A DNA stretch of 64,000 nucleotides from a virus. The position numbers and the translations under genes are program-made. Of this stretch, positions 55,127 through 64,000 are shown in pieces. Below the pieces are notes generated by a model, which searched no databases, had not been told where the DNA came from, and was given only the letters and a program-made list of their open reading frames with translations. Positions within the stretch are counted from its first letter, which is position 1; each line of letters opens with the position of its first letter. The stretch lies in the IMG/VR virus record IMGVR_UViG_3300032285_001177. One strand, given 5' to 3'.

Positions 55127-55461
55127 TAGTAACAGGTTCTCGTACGTGTCACATTACCATACTGATCGATCGTTTCAACCCATGCTGTACAGTTTTGTTG
55201 GTACTGAGGTTGTTGATAGATAACTTGTGGTTGTTGATAGATCACTGTTGGTGCAGGTTGTACATAACGAGGCTGAGCAATAGCATAACCTACGATACCA
55301 CCTAAAATAGCAGGACCTACAAAGTCATAATGACTATGATTGTAGTATCCACCACCGCCATGATGTCCACCGTAGTATCCACCATGACCGCCCCAATGAC
55401 CATCGGCAAATGCTGATGTTGCTGTCAATGATAATGCTAAAATTGCTATAAGTTTTTTCAT
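55126..55461 (-). CDS. Exported Gly/Tyr/Gln-rich protein
   Basis: Signal peptide MKKLIA...AFA; GGH-rich stretch; promoter TGTACA-N17-TACAAT at 55485-55513. Confidence 0.65.
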   Translation of the reverse strand: MKKLIAILALSLTATSAFADGHWGGHGGYYGGHHGGGGYYNHSHYDFVGPAILGGIVGYAIAQPRYVQPAPTVIYQQPQVIYQQPQYQQNCTAWVETIDQYGNVTRTRTCY

Positions 55462-55527
55462 AATACTTCTCCTATTCTGAGACCATTGTATCATATTTAT
55501 TATTTAATGTACATAGCCCCTGGAAAT

Positions 55528-55552
55528 AAAAAAGGGACCCTGGGGCCCCTTT
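55528..55552 (-). terminator. Intrinsic terminator after pqqA
   Basis: AAAGGGGCC-loop-GGTCCCTTTTT on the minus strand. Confidence 0.75.
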
Positions 55553-55568
55553 GTGTACCATGAAACAA

Positions 55569-55640
55569 TTACTTGTTCATTACGTACATTGTGACTTCGA
55601 AACCGAAACGCATTTCAGTAGCAGCTGGTTTTGTCCACAT
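55569..55640 (-). CDS. pqqA: PQQ precursor peptide PqqA (23 aa)
   Basis: [23 protein letters not shown] with the E-x-x-x-Y core; AAGGAG RBS; own terminator; too short for the ORF track. Confidence 0.93.
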   Translation of the reverse strand: MWTKPAATEMRFGFEVTMYVMNK

Positions 55641-55742
55641 GGTAGTTCTCCTTAAAAGGTGTAGATTATTCTACATAACTATCTATATGATACTTTTAAA
55701 ACGGGGCTAGTTAAAAGTATTAAAAACCAGTAGTCAATTCTA

Positions 55743-56174
55743 TTATTCTTTTGGCGCTCTCTTGATGCCACCAATATTATACTTAGGCACTAACTCCCAC
55801 TCAGCCTTCTCTTTGAAGGACACAACCTTAATTTGAGATAAGGAAGCTTTTGGTTCTGCCTTTGCTTTATCAAGGATCTTTAATAATCCCCAATCTTGAA
55901 GCAATTCAGCAATAACATTACGTCTCTCAATGTCAGACATGGAGATATCAGACTCTTTACCATCAAGGGCGAAGAGCTCTTTGAAATGTACAATGAAGTA
56001 CTTTCCTTGTTTATGTAGGATGTGGCATGATTGGAATAGCTTCTTGTCTTTACGAGATGCTATGCCGATACGGGTTAGTGTTTCGCGGACTTTCAAGAAG
56101 TTATCAGGTTCTATCAAGTCAACTTCCAACATCGCGTCGGGTGTCCAGTCATAATATACCATTGCAATCGTCAT
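55743..56174 (-). CDS. regA: Translational repressor RegA
   Basis: FLKVRETLTRIGIAS...LFQSCHILHKQGKYFIVHFKELF; TATAAATA upstream at 56204-56211. Confidence 0.96.
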   Translation of the reverse strand: MTIAMVYYDWTPDAMLEVDLIEPDNFLKVRETLTRIGIASRKDKKLFQSCHILHKQGKYFIVHFKELFALDGKESDISMSDIERRNVIAELLQDWGLLKILDKAKAEPKASLSQIKVVSFKEKAEWELVPKYNIGGIKRAPKE

Positions 56175-56217
56175 TTTAAACTCACTTAGTTAATTACATT
56201 ATATATTTATAAGACTT

Positions 56218-56598
56218 TTAATTTCGGCCTCCCGCCTCGTATGACAGGCGGAGCTCTTCTAGTTGCATAGGTGTAAACAGGTCTAGTACTTCATAAGCTT
56301 TCTTTTCAGAGTACTTATAATGCTTCATGACCAGCTTGAGTTGGTCTGTGGTAGCATCCTTCTTAAACCACTTGGAAAACCGTTTCTTTTTGGGGATTGA
56401 GTTCTTGAGGAAATCAAACTGCCACTTGGATGGGATCTGTACAGACTTGTTCATCTCGTTGGCATACAATACTGTATCAGGGAAGAATGATAACCCACGA
56501 TTGACCATAAAAGGAGGATAGTCCTTCTCAGCCTGCGGATCCAAGAATAGATCCTTCTTGTTATCATTGATGGCATTAAGAAAATCAAATGGTGTCAC
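56218..56598 (-). CDS. gp62: Clamp loader small subunit (T4 gp62)
   Basis: FDFLNAIN...YPPFMVNRGLS...NEMN...KKRFSKW; GTG start. Confidence 0.9.
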   Translation of the reverse strand: MTPFDFLNAINDNKKDLFLDPQAEKDYPPFMVNRGLSFFPDTVLYANEMNKSVQIPSKWQFDFLKNSIPKKKRFSKWFKKDATTDQLKLVMKHYKYSEKKAYEVLDLFTPMQLEELRLSYEAGGRN

Positions 56599-56754
56599 GT
56601 TGCACCCATCTTTCTGCAATTGCCTCAGCCTCATCTTCGGTAAGAGCTATCTCGTCCTTAATATATTCGCCGTGTTCATATAACATGGTAACCCATTGGC
56701 CTTGTTGACGACATACGTTTGCAGACCGATTACCTTCCATAAATTCACTTAATA

Positions 56755-57051
56755 TCATTTTAATCCTAACTCTTCAAGGTTTGCTGGACTGGCCATGAAT
56801 GCTTTGTCTGGCCATCTAGTGTGTAGTTGATCTATAAGATCTTGCTTAGTATCACCGTGTACTAAGAAAGAATGGTCTTCTCTTTTATACACGTAAAATC
56901 TTTCCTTCAACTTAATTATATCTATCTCAACTTTATTGGTTATAACTGGTGTTTCAGCAATACTTTTTAGTATACGTCGCATCTTAAATACTATCAGTGC
57001 TCTAATGATTATAAAACCTGCTAGTACACCTACTAAAAAAGATACGATCAT
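56755..57051 (-). CDS. Hypothetical membrane-anchored protein
   Basis: N-terminal TM. Confidence 0.55.
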   Translation of the reverse strand: MIVSFLVGVLAGFIIIRALIVFKMRRILKSIAETPVITNKVEIDIIKLKERFYVYKREDHSFLVHGDTKQDLIDQLHTRWPDKAFMASPANLEELGLK

Positions 57052-57260
57052 GTTTTCCCTTCGAATGGCGGCGTGCCACCGTTTTTGATGTACTCGTCAT
57101 AAGTACGCATCTTAACATTATGGATAGCTATTGCTGTTTCACGAATATTATCCATCTTGTCACCAGCTGGATTTGACTGTACAAAGCCACGTTCGATTAG
57201 GTATGTAGCTTTATCCCAATCATCAAAGTCATACTCACGATTCTTTACTTCATCTTGCAT
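57048..57260 (-). CDS. Hypothetical protein
   Basis: 70-aa ORF overlapping the end of gp44. Confidence 0.55.
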   Translation of the reverse strand: MQDEVKNREYDFDDWDKATYLIERGFVQSNPAGDKMDNIRETAIAIHNVKMRTYDEYIKNGGTPPFEGKT

Positions 57261-58180
57261 GCTGACATCACCTCCGTAAGTGCAGCCATGAGGTTAAGTT
57301 CATGATCTGCAACGAACGCAGCCTTATACTGATAGTCAGCCAATATCAATACCAATTGAGGGATACTAGCTGGCTCCATGTTTGCAGAAGCTGTGTCGTA
57401 TAGTTGTCTAAATATATTTATAGTCTCTGAGTCTCCATTCTTTGCAACCCACTTACGAACCTCTGTGAAGTTCTTATCTTTCATGTTCTTAAGTAGTTCT
57501 TTGAATGAGTCCTCAGTCATATTGACAAGGATACCAGAGTCGATCTTACCTGATACAGAATAACGTTGCAGCTCGTTTAGTACACGACGCCAATCTGGAA
57601 AGTGTTTAGTTACTAGTTCTGCGACCACCTTCGGATCGAACTCAATGTTCTCGCCTTTTAAAATACCAGTGGTGCGTTTAAAGAATGAACCTGCGATCTC
57701 AGCCTTCTCAGTGTTCTCGATCTTGAAATCAACCACAGCACATCGACTATGGAGAGGTTCAATGATACGGTTCTTAAAGTTACATGTGAAGATGAAACGG
57801 CAGTTGTTTGAAAACTCTTCGATGAATGCCCGAAGTGCAGGCTGTGTAGAGTTTGGGTTTAGATAGTCAGCCTCGTCGAGGATGATGACTTTCTTTGCAT
57901 CTGTCAGTGAAACGGTTGAAGCGAATGATTTAATCTTAGTACGAAGGACGTCGATACCTGACTCCTCAGAACCGTTAATTAATAGATACTCAGCTCCAAT
58001 CTCGTTGCACAAGGCCTTTGCGACAGTGGTCTTACCTACACCCGCTGTACCGCAAAAGAGAAAGTTAGGCAGCTCACCCGTTTGGATGAACTGCTTAAAT
58101 GTTTCCTTTAAGTTCTTTGGTAAAATACATTCGTCTATCGTAGACGGACGATACTTCTCAACCCACAAATATTGATCCAT
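57245..58180 (-). CDS. gp44: Clamp loader large subunit (T4 gp44)
   Basis: WVEKYRP, GTAGVGKT, DEAD, SRC. Confidence 0.96.
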   Translation of the reverse strand: MDQYLWVEKYRPSTIDECILPKNLKETFKQFIQTGELPNFLFCGTAGVGKTTVAKALCNEIGAEYLLINGSEESGIDVLRTKIKSFASTVSLTDAKKVIILDEADYLNPNSTQPALRAFIEEFSNNCRFIFTCNFKNRIIEPLHSRCAVVDFKIENTEKAEIAGSFFKRTTGILKGENIEFDPKVVAELVTKHFPDWRRVLNELQRYSVSGKIDSGILVNMTEDSFKELLKNMKDKNFTEVRKWVAKNGDSETINIFRQLYDTASANMEPASIPQLVLILADYQYKAAFVADHELNLMAALTEVMSACKMK

Positions 58181-58204
58181 GATAACTCCATAATATAATT
58201 AAGC

Positions 58205-58864
58205 TTACGCTTCAAATGTTGAATCTGCTTCAATCGCTACATAATACACTAGATCACCTGCGCCTTTAAAGCGTGAGATCTTTTTAGATGAGATGGATAC
58301 ATCATAATCACCTGGTACCATCTTAAGGTTCTCGATCTTGAGGTTGACCTTAAACACCGATGTTGTCGTACCTAAGGTATAAGTGTATGCATTAGATGTT
58401 GCATTCTTTTTATCACCAACCACGACCGTGATTGTAGAGCCATCACCTAACAATGCTACATCAGTAGACTTAAGGATAGGTGCAGTCTTGAGGATCATAG
58501 CTAAGACAGATGCTTCAAGCTTAAAGTTGATCTCTGCATCTGGGAATATGATCTCTTTCTTAGGCACAACGATAGAGTTAGGTGCTGCAGCAAAGTATTT
58601 AATGCTGCTGTTACCTTGTTTGATAGTCACTGTCTTCTCAGAGAATTCCAGATCTGGATCCTCGAACAATGATAGTACAGCAAGGAACTCGTTCACATCA
58701 TAGATACCGAACTCATTAGGGAATGTCTCAGCAACTGTACATGATGATGCGATACAATTACTTACCGCGATTGTTGATAGCACACTACCTGGTTTAAATA
58801 ACAGGTTATTATTAATTGAGGCATAATTCTTAATTAAGCCTAGGGTTTCTTTACTTAGTTTCAT
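58205..58864 (-). CDS. gp45: Sliding clamp (T4 gp45)
   Basis: MKLSKETL..IKNYASIN...FGIYDVNEFL...YYVAIEADS. Confidence 0.95.
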   Translation of the reverse strand: MKLSKETLGLIKNYASINNNLLFKPGSVLSTIAVSNCIASSCTVAETFPNEFGIYDVNEFLAVLSLFEDPDLEFSEKTVTIKQGNSSIKYFAAAPNSIVVPKKEIIFPDAEINFKLEASVLAMILKTAPILKSTDVALLGDGSTITVVVGDKKNATSNAYTYTLGTTTSVFKVNLKIENLKMVPGDYDVSISSKKISRFKGAGDLVYYVAIEADSTFEA

Positions 58865-59309
58865 TATATTTTCCTTCATCAAGATCTAACATAAACATTA
58901 AACAACAAATCGCATGAGCTATATGATTGACTCCTGTTTCAGGATCATATATCTCACCTTCCTTATAAGCCCATAGGTGTCGCTGAGCTGCATCAAAATA
59001 GCGACGAGGACCATCTGGTACTCTGCGCCAATTATCTGGTTCATACTTCTCTGCACCAAATGTCAAGACTTTAACTGTCTCACGTAAAGCTAAAGGTGGA
59101 ACCAACCCATATTGGAGTTTTCCGCCATCGAACTTACGACCACTGGTACATGTTATACTTTGAGAATTAGTTAACTCGTTTTGCTTAGACCAAATGTCTT
59201 GCAATTCTTCTATTGTAGATTTGGTTATTTTGTTTTCCACAATCTTAATAGGTTTACCGTTACCTTTATTTAGTGTTACCATCACGTCTCCTCTGTTTAA
59301 TACACTCAC
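58851..59309 (-). CDS. dNTP diphosphohydrolase domain protein (DUF5664-like)
   Basis: GRKFDGGK..Y.L.P...VLTFGAEKY..DNWR...AAQRHL...DPETG.NHIAHA.CC. Confidence 0.8.
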   Translation of the reverse strand: MSVLNRGDVMVTLNKGNGKPIKIVENKITKSTIEELQDIWSKQNELTNSQSITCTSGRKFDGGKLQYGLVPPLALRETVKVLTFGAEKYEPDNWRRVPDGPRRYFDAAQRHLWAYKEGEIYDPETGVNHIAHAICCLMFMLDLDEGKYNETK

Positions 59310-59372
59310 TTGAATATACTAAAGAGAGGAGGCATTGCGCCTCCTCGTGCTGACTTACTAGAGTTGATACTC

Positions 59373-59624
59373 TTAGAATGCTGAAGCACCTAATACTGCG
59401 TAAGCTGCAGCGATCATTTTACGTGAAGGTGTACCTAATGTGTAGCGAACTGTTGGTTCACCGTTCCACATTTTACCAGAGTTTGCATAAACTGCAAAAC
59501 CTTTCATACGTAATTGACGAACTGCTTCATGCGGGTTAGCAAGACCAAATCGTGCAGTGATTTGTTTAGCAGTTACTGTTTTACCTGATTTAAGGTATTT
59601 GATTAATGATGATGTTGCTGACAT
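59373..59624 (-). CDS. Small winged-helix DNA-binding protein
   Basis: LKSGKTVTAKQITARFGLANPHEAVRQLRMKG; AAGGAG RBS before MSATSS. Confidence 0.65.
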   Translation of the reverse strand: MSATSSLIKYLKSGKTVTAKQITARFGLANPHEAVRQLRMKGFAVYANSGKMWNGEPTVRYTLGTPSRKMIAAAYAVLGASAF

Positions 59625-59765
59625 ACTATTACTCCTTGAATATGCGACATTACGGGAAACACGGATAAGATCGTCGCTTGTCTTACCAGATACTGAACCA
59701 TTATACACCAAAGGTGAATTAAAGTTAAATAATTTTTTGATTGTTTTTGTTATTGTCATAATATA

Positions 59766-60101
59766 TTACGGTTTTAAGCCGTATTCCTTGATCACGTTTT
59801 GTAAAAGAGGGGAAAACTTTGTTAAGTCAACCACTCGCTCGGTTTTTCCACTGAAATAATCTTCCAGTTCCTCCTCAGTGGGGAGAGGAAATTGATAAAC
59901 TCCTTTTGCTACTTTGTTTTCGGCTACTATAAGCCAGTTAGGATAACCTAACTTAGGACAACCAGCGTCTCGCTTGCTGACCATAACCTTATGATAGTCC
60001 TGCATCTCGGCCAATTCTATCGCTTCTCTGTCGTGATCGAAGCGGTTCATCACCTCGACCACATACATCTTTTGAGTAGGCTTTAATTCGGTAAATTTCA
60101 T
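59766..60101 (-). CDS. Hypothetical protein
   Basis: 111 aa, coupled to the cobS-like gene. Confidence 0.6.
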   Translation of the reverse strand: MKFTELKPTQKMYVVEVMNRFDHDREAIELAEMQDYHKVMVSKRDAGCPKLGYPNWLIVAENKVAKGVYQFPLPTEEELEDYFSGKTERVVDLTKFSPLLQNVIKEYGLKP

Positions 60102-61303
60102 GGTGTTACCGTTTGACCTGCTGTTGCAATATTATAAGCATCAGTTATAGTTTCAGGAACCTCGATCGATGGTGTTGCTTCGTCAATAACCACAGCTTCT
60201 TCGGCTGCAGGGTTTGAGATCTTATCGAACACATCCATGAATGCAGCTTTGGTTTGTGGATCGAAACGATTGCAGCATAACTCGATTGCTTTCTCTTTCT
60301 TTTTGAAGATTGAGAATGCTCGTACGATGTGAGTCATACGACGTGTTGTGATTGTTTCGTCTACACCACCGTCTTCGAATGTACGACGGATTGCATCGGC
60401 CCATTTTACCAATGTGTCTGCAAATTCTTGATCTTCGCAACCATAGTGCTTCATAAGGTTCTCAATGATCTTAGCTTCTACGCGAGCATTAGGATATTCT
60501 TGTTCGAATGTCACTGCAAAACGCTCGAGGAAAGCTTCGTTAAGTACGTTTGTACCGATGTATCGACCATCGTCTGAACCTTTACCTTTCGTGTTAGCTG
60601 TAGCAATGATGTTAAAGCCAGCAGCTGGAACGATAACCTCGTTCTTAAGCTTGAAGTAATAAGGCTTGCCTTCGAGGATCGGCTGTAAACACAAGAGAGT
60701 GTTAGCGGATCCGGCATCGACTTCGTCAAGCAATAATGTGTAACCATTACGCATCGCGATCAGCACAGGGCCTTCCACGATCTCCACGTTACCATCGATA
60801 AGTGTCTTAGCACCGATCAGCTGCTCCTCGTCAGACATCATGTTAAGGTTAACACGAATGAGTGGCTTACTGAACTTAGCACAGATCTGCTCGATCATTG
60901 TAGATTTGCCGTTACCCGTAGGGCCGGAAATATAAGATGGATAGAATAATCCAGCTTTAATGATTTGCTCGAGATCCGAGTAATTGCCAAATGGTACATA
61001 GTTAGGATCCTTGGCTGGGATCAATGTTTCAGGCTTATCAAAGTTCACGATAGCTGCGCTTTCAGTTTTAGTCGGTGTTACCACAGACAAGATTGGTTTA
61101 GGGATAACTGTAGGCACCTTGACGTTATAAACACCGCGTGATACCTGACCTGCGATCATGAACCATGGCATGGTATCATAACCTAAAGAATTTACCACAG
61201 CCATGAGGTCGGTCTTGCTGATCTCAGGGTTGCTAGCCAGACTTGGATAAGTCTCAAATAGCTTAGCTTGTAGTTCTGTTTTTTGTTCACTTTTATATCT
61301 CAT
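60098..61303 (-). CDS. CobS/MoxR-like AAA+ ATPase
   Basis: GPTGNGKS, LLDEVD, TANTKGKG, LNEAFLERF. Confidence 0.9.
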   Translation of the reverse strand: MRYKSEQKTELQAKLFETYPSLASNPEISKTDLMAVVNSLGYDTMPWFMIAGQVSRGVYNVKVPTVIPKPILSVVTPTKTESAAIVNFDKPETLIPAKDPNYVPFGNYSDLEQIIKAGLFYPSYISGPTGNGKSTMIEQICAKFSKPLIRVNLNMMSDEEQLIGAKTLIDGNVEIVEGPVLIAMRNGYTLLLDEVDAGSANTLLCLQPILEGKPYYFKLKNEVIVPAAGFNIIATANTKGKGSDDGRYIGTNVLNEAFLERFAVTFEQEYPNARVEAKIIENLMKHYGCEDQEFADTLVKWADAIRRTFEDGGVDETITTRRMTHIVRAFSIFKKKEKAIELCCNRFDPQTKAAFMDVFDKISNPAAEEAVVIDEATPSIEVPETITDAYNIATAGQTVTP

Positions 61304-61333
61304 AATATACTCTCCGTCTCAATTAATATAACC

Positions 61334-61412
61334 ATTATATCCTGAATTGCATTTAATGTACATAGGCCCTAACTTATTGATTTGTATAGGCCTTTTATGT
61401 AAGTTATTGATT
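61334..61412 (-). promoter_or_regulatory. Early promoter with tandem IHF-consensus sites
   Basis: GGGCCTA-TGTACA-N17-TATAAT (core 61334-61362); WATCAANNNNTTR at 61370-61382 and 61400-61412. Confidence 0.75.
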
Positions 61413-61415
61413 TCA

Positions 61416-63545
61416 TTAGGCAATTAAACCTACAAAAGAATTCAATAATATGCGACTAGTCTTCTTATTTGAAAGCTTCTTGGTCAGCTCCCGGGCGATC
61501 CTGGATGCGCTTTCCCCCTTGGATATAGTAAGCTCTGACTCATCCTCAATCTTAGTCCTGGATTCAGCTATGACGAACAATTCGTCCCGGCCAGTATCAG
61601 ACATTGTAGCATAGCCGTTCTTACGCATCTCCTTCTTCATATTTTCAATCGCATACATAGACACATGTGAACCGTGGCCGTAGTGAGCTACGAATGCATT
61701 GTGTAGGTAACGATATGTAGGACGAGTGATGTAGAAGCCTACGGTTGTGATCTGATGTCTACCTTTAATCATCTGTAAGAGTGACTTAGTTTGCTCAGCA
61801 CTCTCAGACATCGGGTAGTTCTTACGTGTTACCGTATCAGATAAGAATGGCTTAACAGTGATATAAGCTTTATAATCAGCTGTCGATTGGCGGCGCATCC
61901 TAATTTGATCTACACCAGTTCTTAAGAATTCACCTTCACCATCAGATAGCGTGATGAGTGTCATCTTTTCTGCACCGTTCTTACTCTTAAATTCTGGGAT
62001 ATAGTTGTATAACCATGCTAATGCTGCATTAAGTGGTGTACCAGAGGTTTTAAGGTTACCTATATGATGGAACCAACGTGATAAGCTTAATGTCACCATC
62101 TTATTGAATTCTGATTGAGTCATCTTAGATGAGAATAACTCAAGCATAGCAAGACCATAGATATCAACTTCGCTATCACTAGCCACGATCTTACGAGTGC
62201 CGTCTTCGTTTCTGTAACGACGATCAGACCAACCATTTGAGAATGCAAATACTTGGAATGGGATCTGAGCACCTCGACAAAACATTGCTAATGAGATAAC
62301 TTGTTCGATCGTTGGTTTTAACACATGATCCATTGAAGCTGACCAGTCAAGTAAGAAGATCATGCCATGGTTTTTACCGTTAGGGATAGACATCACTTGT
62401 TTGAAGATGTCATCGTTTAACTTATAAGCATATAGCTTCTTACCGTCTAATGAACCAGTTTTGCCGATCTTAGCACGTTTATAGTTTTGTGCTGACTTAC
62501 GCATCTCGAATTCTTTAACTAAGTAGCTAACAACGTTCTTAGATGATGCTTTAAACTTATCAGCATCTTCGATGGCTGTGTCTGATAGCAGACCGTCACC
62601 CCCGTTATTCTTATAATTATCATCACATGTCGCGAACTCTTCAAATACTTCCTTGTATGTAACTAAAGGACTTACTGGAAACTGTTTAGGGATAGTGACG
62701 TACTTGTATTCGATTGAAGTATCAGCTAACTCTTCGATCTTGTTTTTTAGGTTCTTTTCTGTTTGTGACTCTAACTGATCTTCGAGGCTGTCTTCAAGGT
62801 CTTGTAAAGTATCTTGACTTGGTGAAGGCTGCTGGTTTTGTTCGGTGTCATCTGAGTCATCAGCTTCTTCTTCGTCACCAGATACTTCTTCAAAGTCTTG
62901 ATCTTGAGGTTGATTATCTGGTTCCTCTTCTTCGTCTTCTTCAAACTCGTGATCGTCTGACTGTGCTTTCATCTCTTCAAGCTTGTCTTCCATAGCTTTC
63001 TTAGAATAGTCATAGATCTCTTTAGCTAGTGTGATAACGTCGTCACATGTTTCAGTCTCTTCAGCACGACGAACAAATGCTTTCTCTTCAGGTGTAAACT
63101 CTACACCGCAAGCATAACCAGCTTTAAAATATAGGTTGATCTTGTCGATCAATAACATATCCTTAAAGTTACCGTTTGCGATACCAAAGAAGTCGCGCGT
63201 GTTTAATTCTTTATATCCTGCGTTGAATGACTTACGCAAACCAGGATAACGACGCTTCATTAGTTTTTCGATACGTACGTCTTCGAGCACGTTCATGTAA
63301 CCAGAGAAGTGCGCTAGGTCTTTATAAGGGTTTTTAGTTGAATACTCTTCAAGAGTAGTGTAAAGTGCGTGACCTACTTCATGACCAACTAACATATCTA
63401 AAAGATCGTCAGTCATGTCCTTCCATTGTGGAAGTCTTAGGACACGATTTTTGATGTCAAACGAGGCAGTTCTTACAGCCCCCTGGATAACAGTAAGGTT
63501 TTCGTTTGCTAATAATTTTGCTACTAAGTCTGTTTTGCTATTCAT
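61416..63545 (-). CDS. CobT-like protein (HExxH metallopeptidase-like domain, acidic linker, vWA)
   Basis: HEVGHAL, NVLEDVRIE, DWSAS MIDAS, GTPL, LSDG; typical partner of the AAA ATPase. Confidence 0.85.
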   Translation of the reverse strand: MNSKTDLVAKLLANENLTVIQGAVRTASFDIKNRVLRLPQWKDMTDDLLDMLVGHEVGHALYTTLEEYSTKNPYKDLAHFSGYMNVLEDVRIEKLMKRRYPGLRKSFNAGYKELNTRDFFGIANGNFKDMLLIDKINLYFKAGYACGVEFTPEEKAFVRRAEETETCDDVITLAKEIYDYSKKAMEDKLEEMKAQSDDHEFEEDEEEEPDNQPQDQDFEEVSGDEEEADDSDDTEQNQQPSPSQDTLQDLEDSLEDQLESQTEKNLKNKIEELADTSIEYKYVTIPKQFPVSPLVTYKEVFEEFATCDDNYKNNGGDGLLSDTAIEDADKFKASSKNVVSYLVKEFEMRKSAQNYKRAKIGKTGSLDGKKLYAYKLNDDIFKQVMSIPNGKNHGMIFLLDWSASMDHVLKPTIEQVISLAMFCRGAQIPFQVFAFSNGWSDRRYRNEDGTRKIVASDSEVDIYGLAMLELFSSKMTQSEFNKMVTLSLSRWFHHIGNLKTSGTPLNAALAWLYNYIPEFKSKNGAEKMTLITLSDGEGEFLRTGVDQIRMRRQSTADYKAYITVKPFLSDTVTRKNYPMSESAEQTKSLLQMIKGRHQITTVGFYITRPTYRYLHNAFVAHYGHGSHVSMYAIENMKKEMRKNGYATMSDTGRDELFVIAESRTKIEDESELTISKGESASRIARELTKKLSNKKTSRILLNSFVGLIA

Positions 63546-63568
63546 CAATCTCTCCAATTAATATAACC

Positions 63569-63647
63569 ATTATACCCTAATTTGTATTTAATGTACATAG
63601 GCCCTAAGTTATTGATTTGTATAGGATTATTATATAAGTTATTGATT
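63569..63647 (-). promoter_or_regulatory. Early promoter with tandem IHF-consensus sites
   Basis: TGTACA-N17-TATAAT at 63569-63597; AATCAATAACTTA at 63605-63617 and 63635-63647. Confidence 0.75.
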
Positions 63648-63798
63648 ATATTGGATTTACTTCATGTAAGGTTATTTGCTGTTTGGTGAGCTCTGGGTGA
63701 GCTTGGACGAATGAGTTTAATAGTTCTATTGAAGTAAATAATTCAATGAATTGGTGGTTAGTTTCTGTGATAGTTGCATGTAATATATAAATGTTCAT
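63646..63798 (-). CDS. Small hypothetical early protein (50 aa)
   Basis: MNIYILHATITETNHQFIELF...; GAGGAG RBS; promoter at 63818-63846. Confidence 0.55.
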   Translation of the reverse strand: MNIYILHATITETNHQFIELFTSIELLNSFVQAHPELTKQQITLHEVNPI

Positions 63799-63817
63799 TT
63801 TCTCTCCTCAAAGAATC

Positions 63818-63926
63818 ATTATACCCTGATTCCTATTTAATGTACATAGGTATAGGTGTCACGCAGGACCAGGGATCCGGGGTACCAGCATATAACCATT
63901 ATGCCACAAATAAGGATTAATGTACA
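63818..63926 (-). promoter_or_regulatory. Two tandem early promoters
   Basis: TGTACA-N17-TATAAT (63818-63846) and TGTACA-N17-CATAAT (63898-63926). Confidence 0.7.
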
Positions 63927-64000
63927 TAGGCCAGTTTAAAAATAAACCCACAAATCAACCAATGGTTGACCTATGAGTTGGTAATTAAACTGGAGAAGTC

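Noticed and set aside
58851-59309. Evidence for a 2-aminoadenine (Z) genome
   Set aside because: No purZ or datZ in the window; the domain alone is not sufficient.
899-62995. Numerous plus-strand ORFs and nested alternative-frame ORFs in the ORF track
   Set aside because: They are antisense or off-frame shadows of well-supported minus-strand genes, with no recognisable motifs; all recognised promoters point along the minus strand.
60098-63545. Cobalamin biosynthesis role for the CobS/CobT-like pair
   Set aside because: No CobN or other cob genes; a MoxR-type AAA plus vWA pair is common in T4-like phages and more likely acts as a chaperone.
1-64000. Stop-codon reassignment
   Set aside because: Core genes are full length under the standard code; TAA, TGA and TAG all end genes at sensible positions, and no suppressor tRNA was seen.

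Overview
A 64 kb segment of a large T4-like (myovirus) phage genome. Essentially every real gene is on the minus strand. Core T4-type genes present: RNase H (partial), dsbA, nrdA/nrdB, gp61 primase, gp41 helicase, uvsX, dCMP deaminase, gp42-type dCMP hydroxymethylase, gp43 polymerase, gp30 ligase, regA, gp62/44/45 and a CobS/CobT-like pair. A 23-aa PqqA peptide points to a PQQ-using host, probably a Methylophilaceae methylotroph (inference). Main accessory systems: (1) a late-promoter operon of CsgF, CsgG, a curlin-like protein, a FecR-domain protein and a CHASE2 adenylate cyclase; (2) a candidate DNA hypermodification pathway pairing a cytosine-type hydroxymethylase with two aGPT-Pplase-like proteins, a PLP enzyme and a UDG-fold protein; (3) a block of proteins with T4-like capsid-targeting N-termini, including ligase-fold, HAD-phosphatase and nucleotidyltransferase enzymes; (4) host-like genes (pqqA, bS21, an omega-like subunit, Hsp20 with a ROSE-like leader, heme oxygenase, Dps, ACP, PlcP-like). 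Non-coding features: two tRNAs, an unannotated structured RNA abutting tRNA-Arg, about 19 copies of an early promoter motif, paired IHF-consensus sites and GC-rich blocks upstream of some promoters. All assignments come from motif recognition by eye; no database searches were run.
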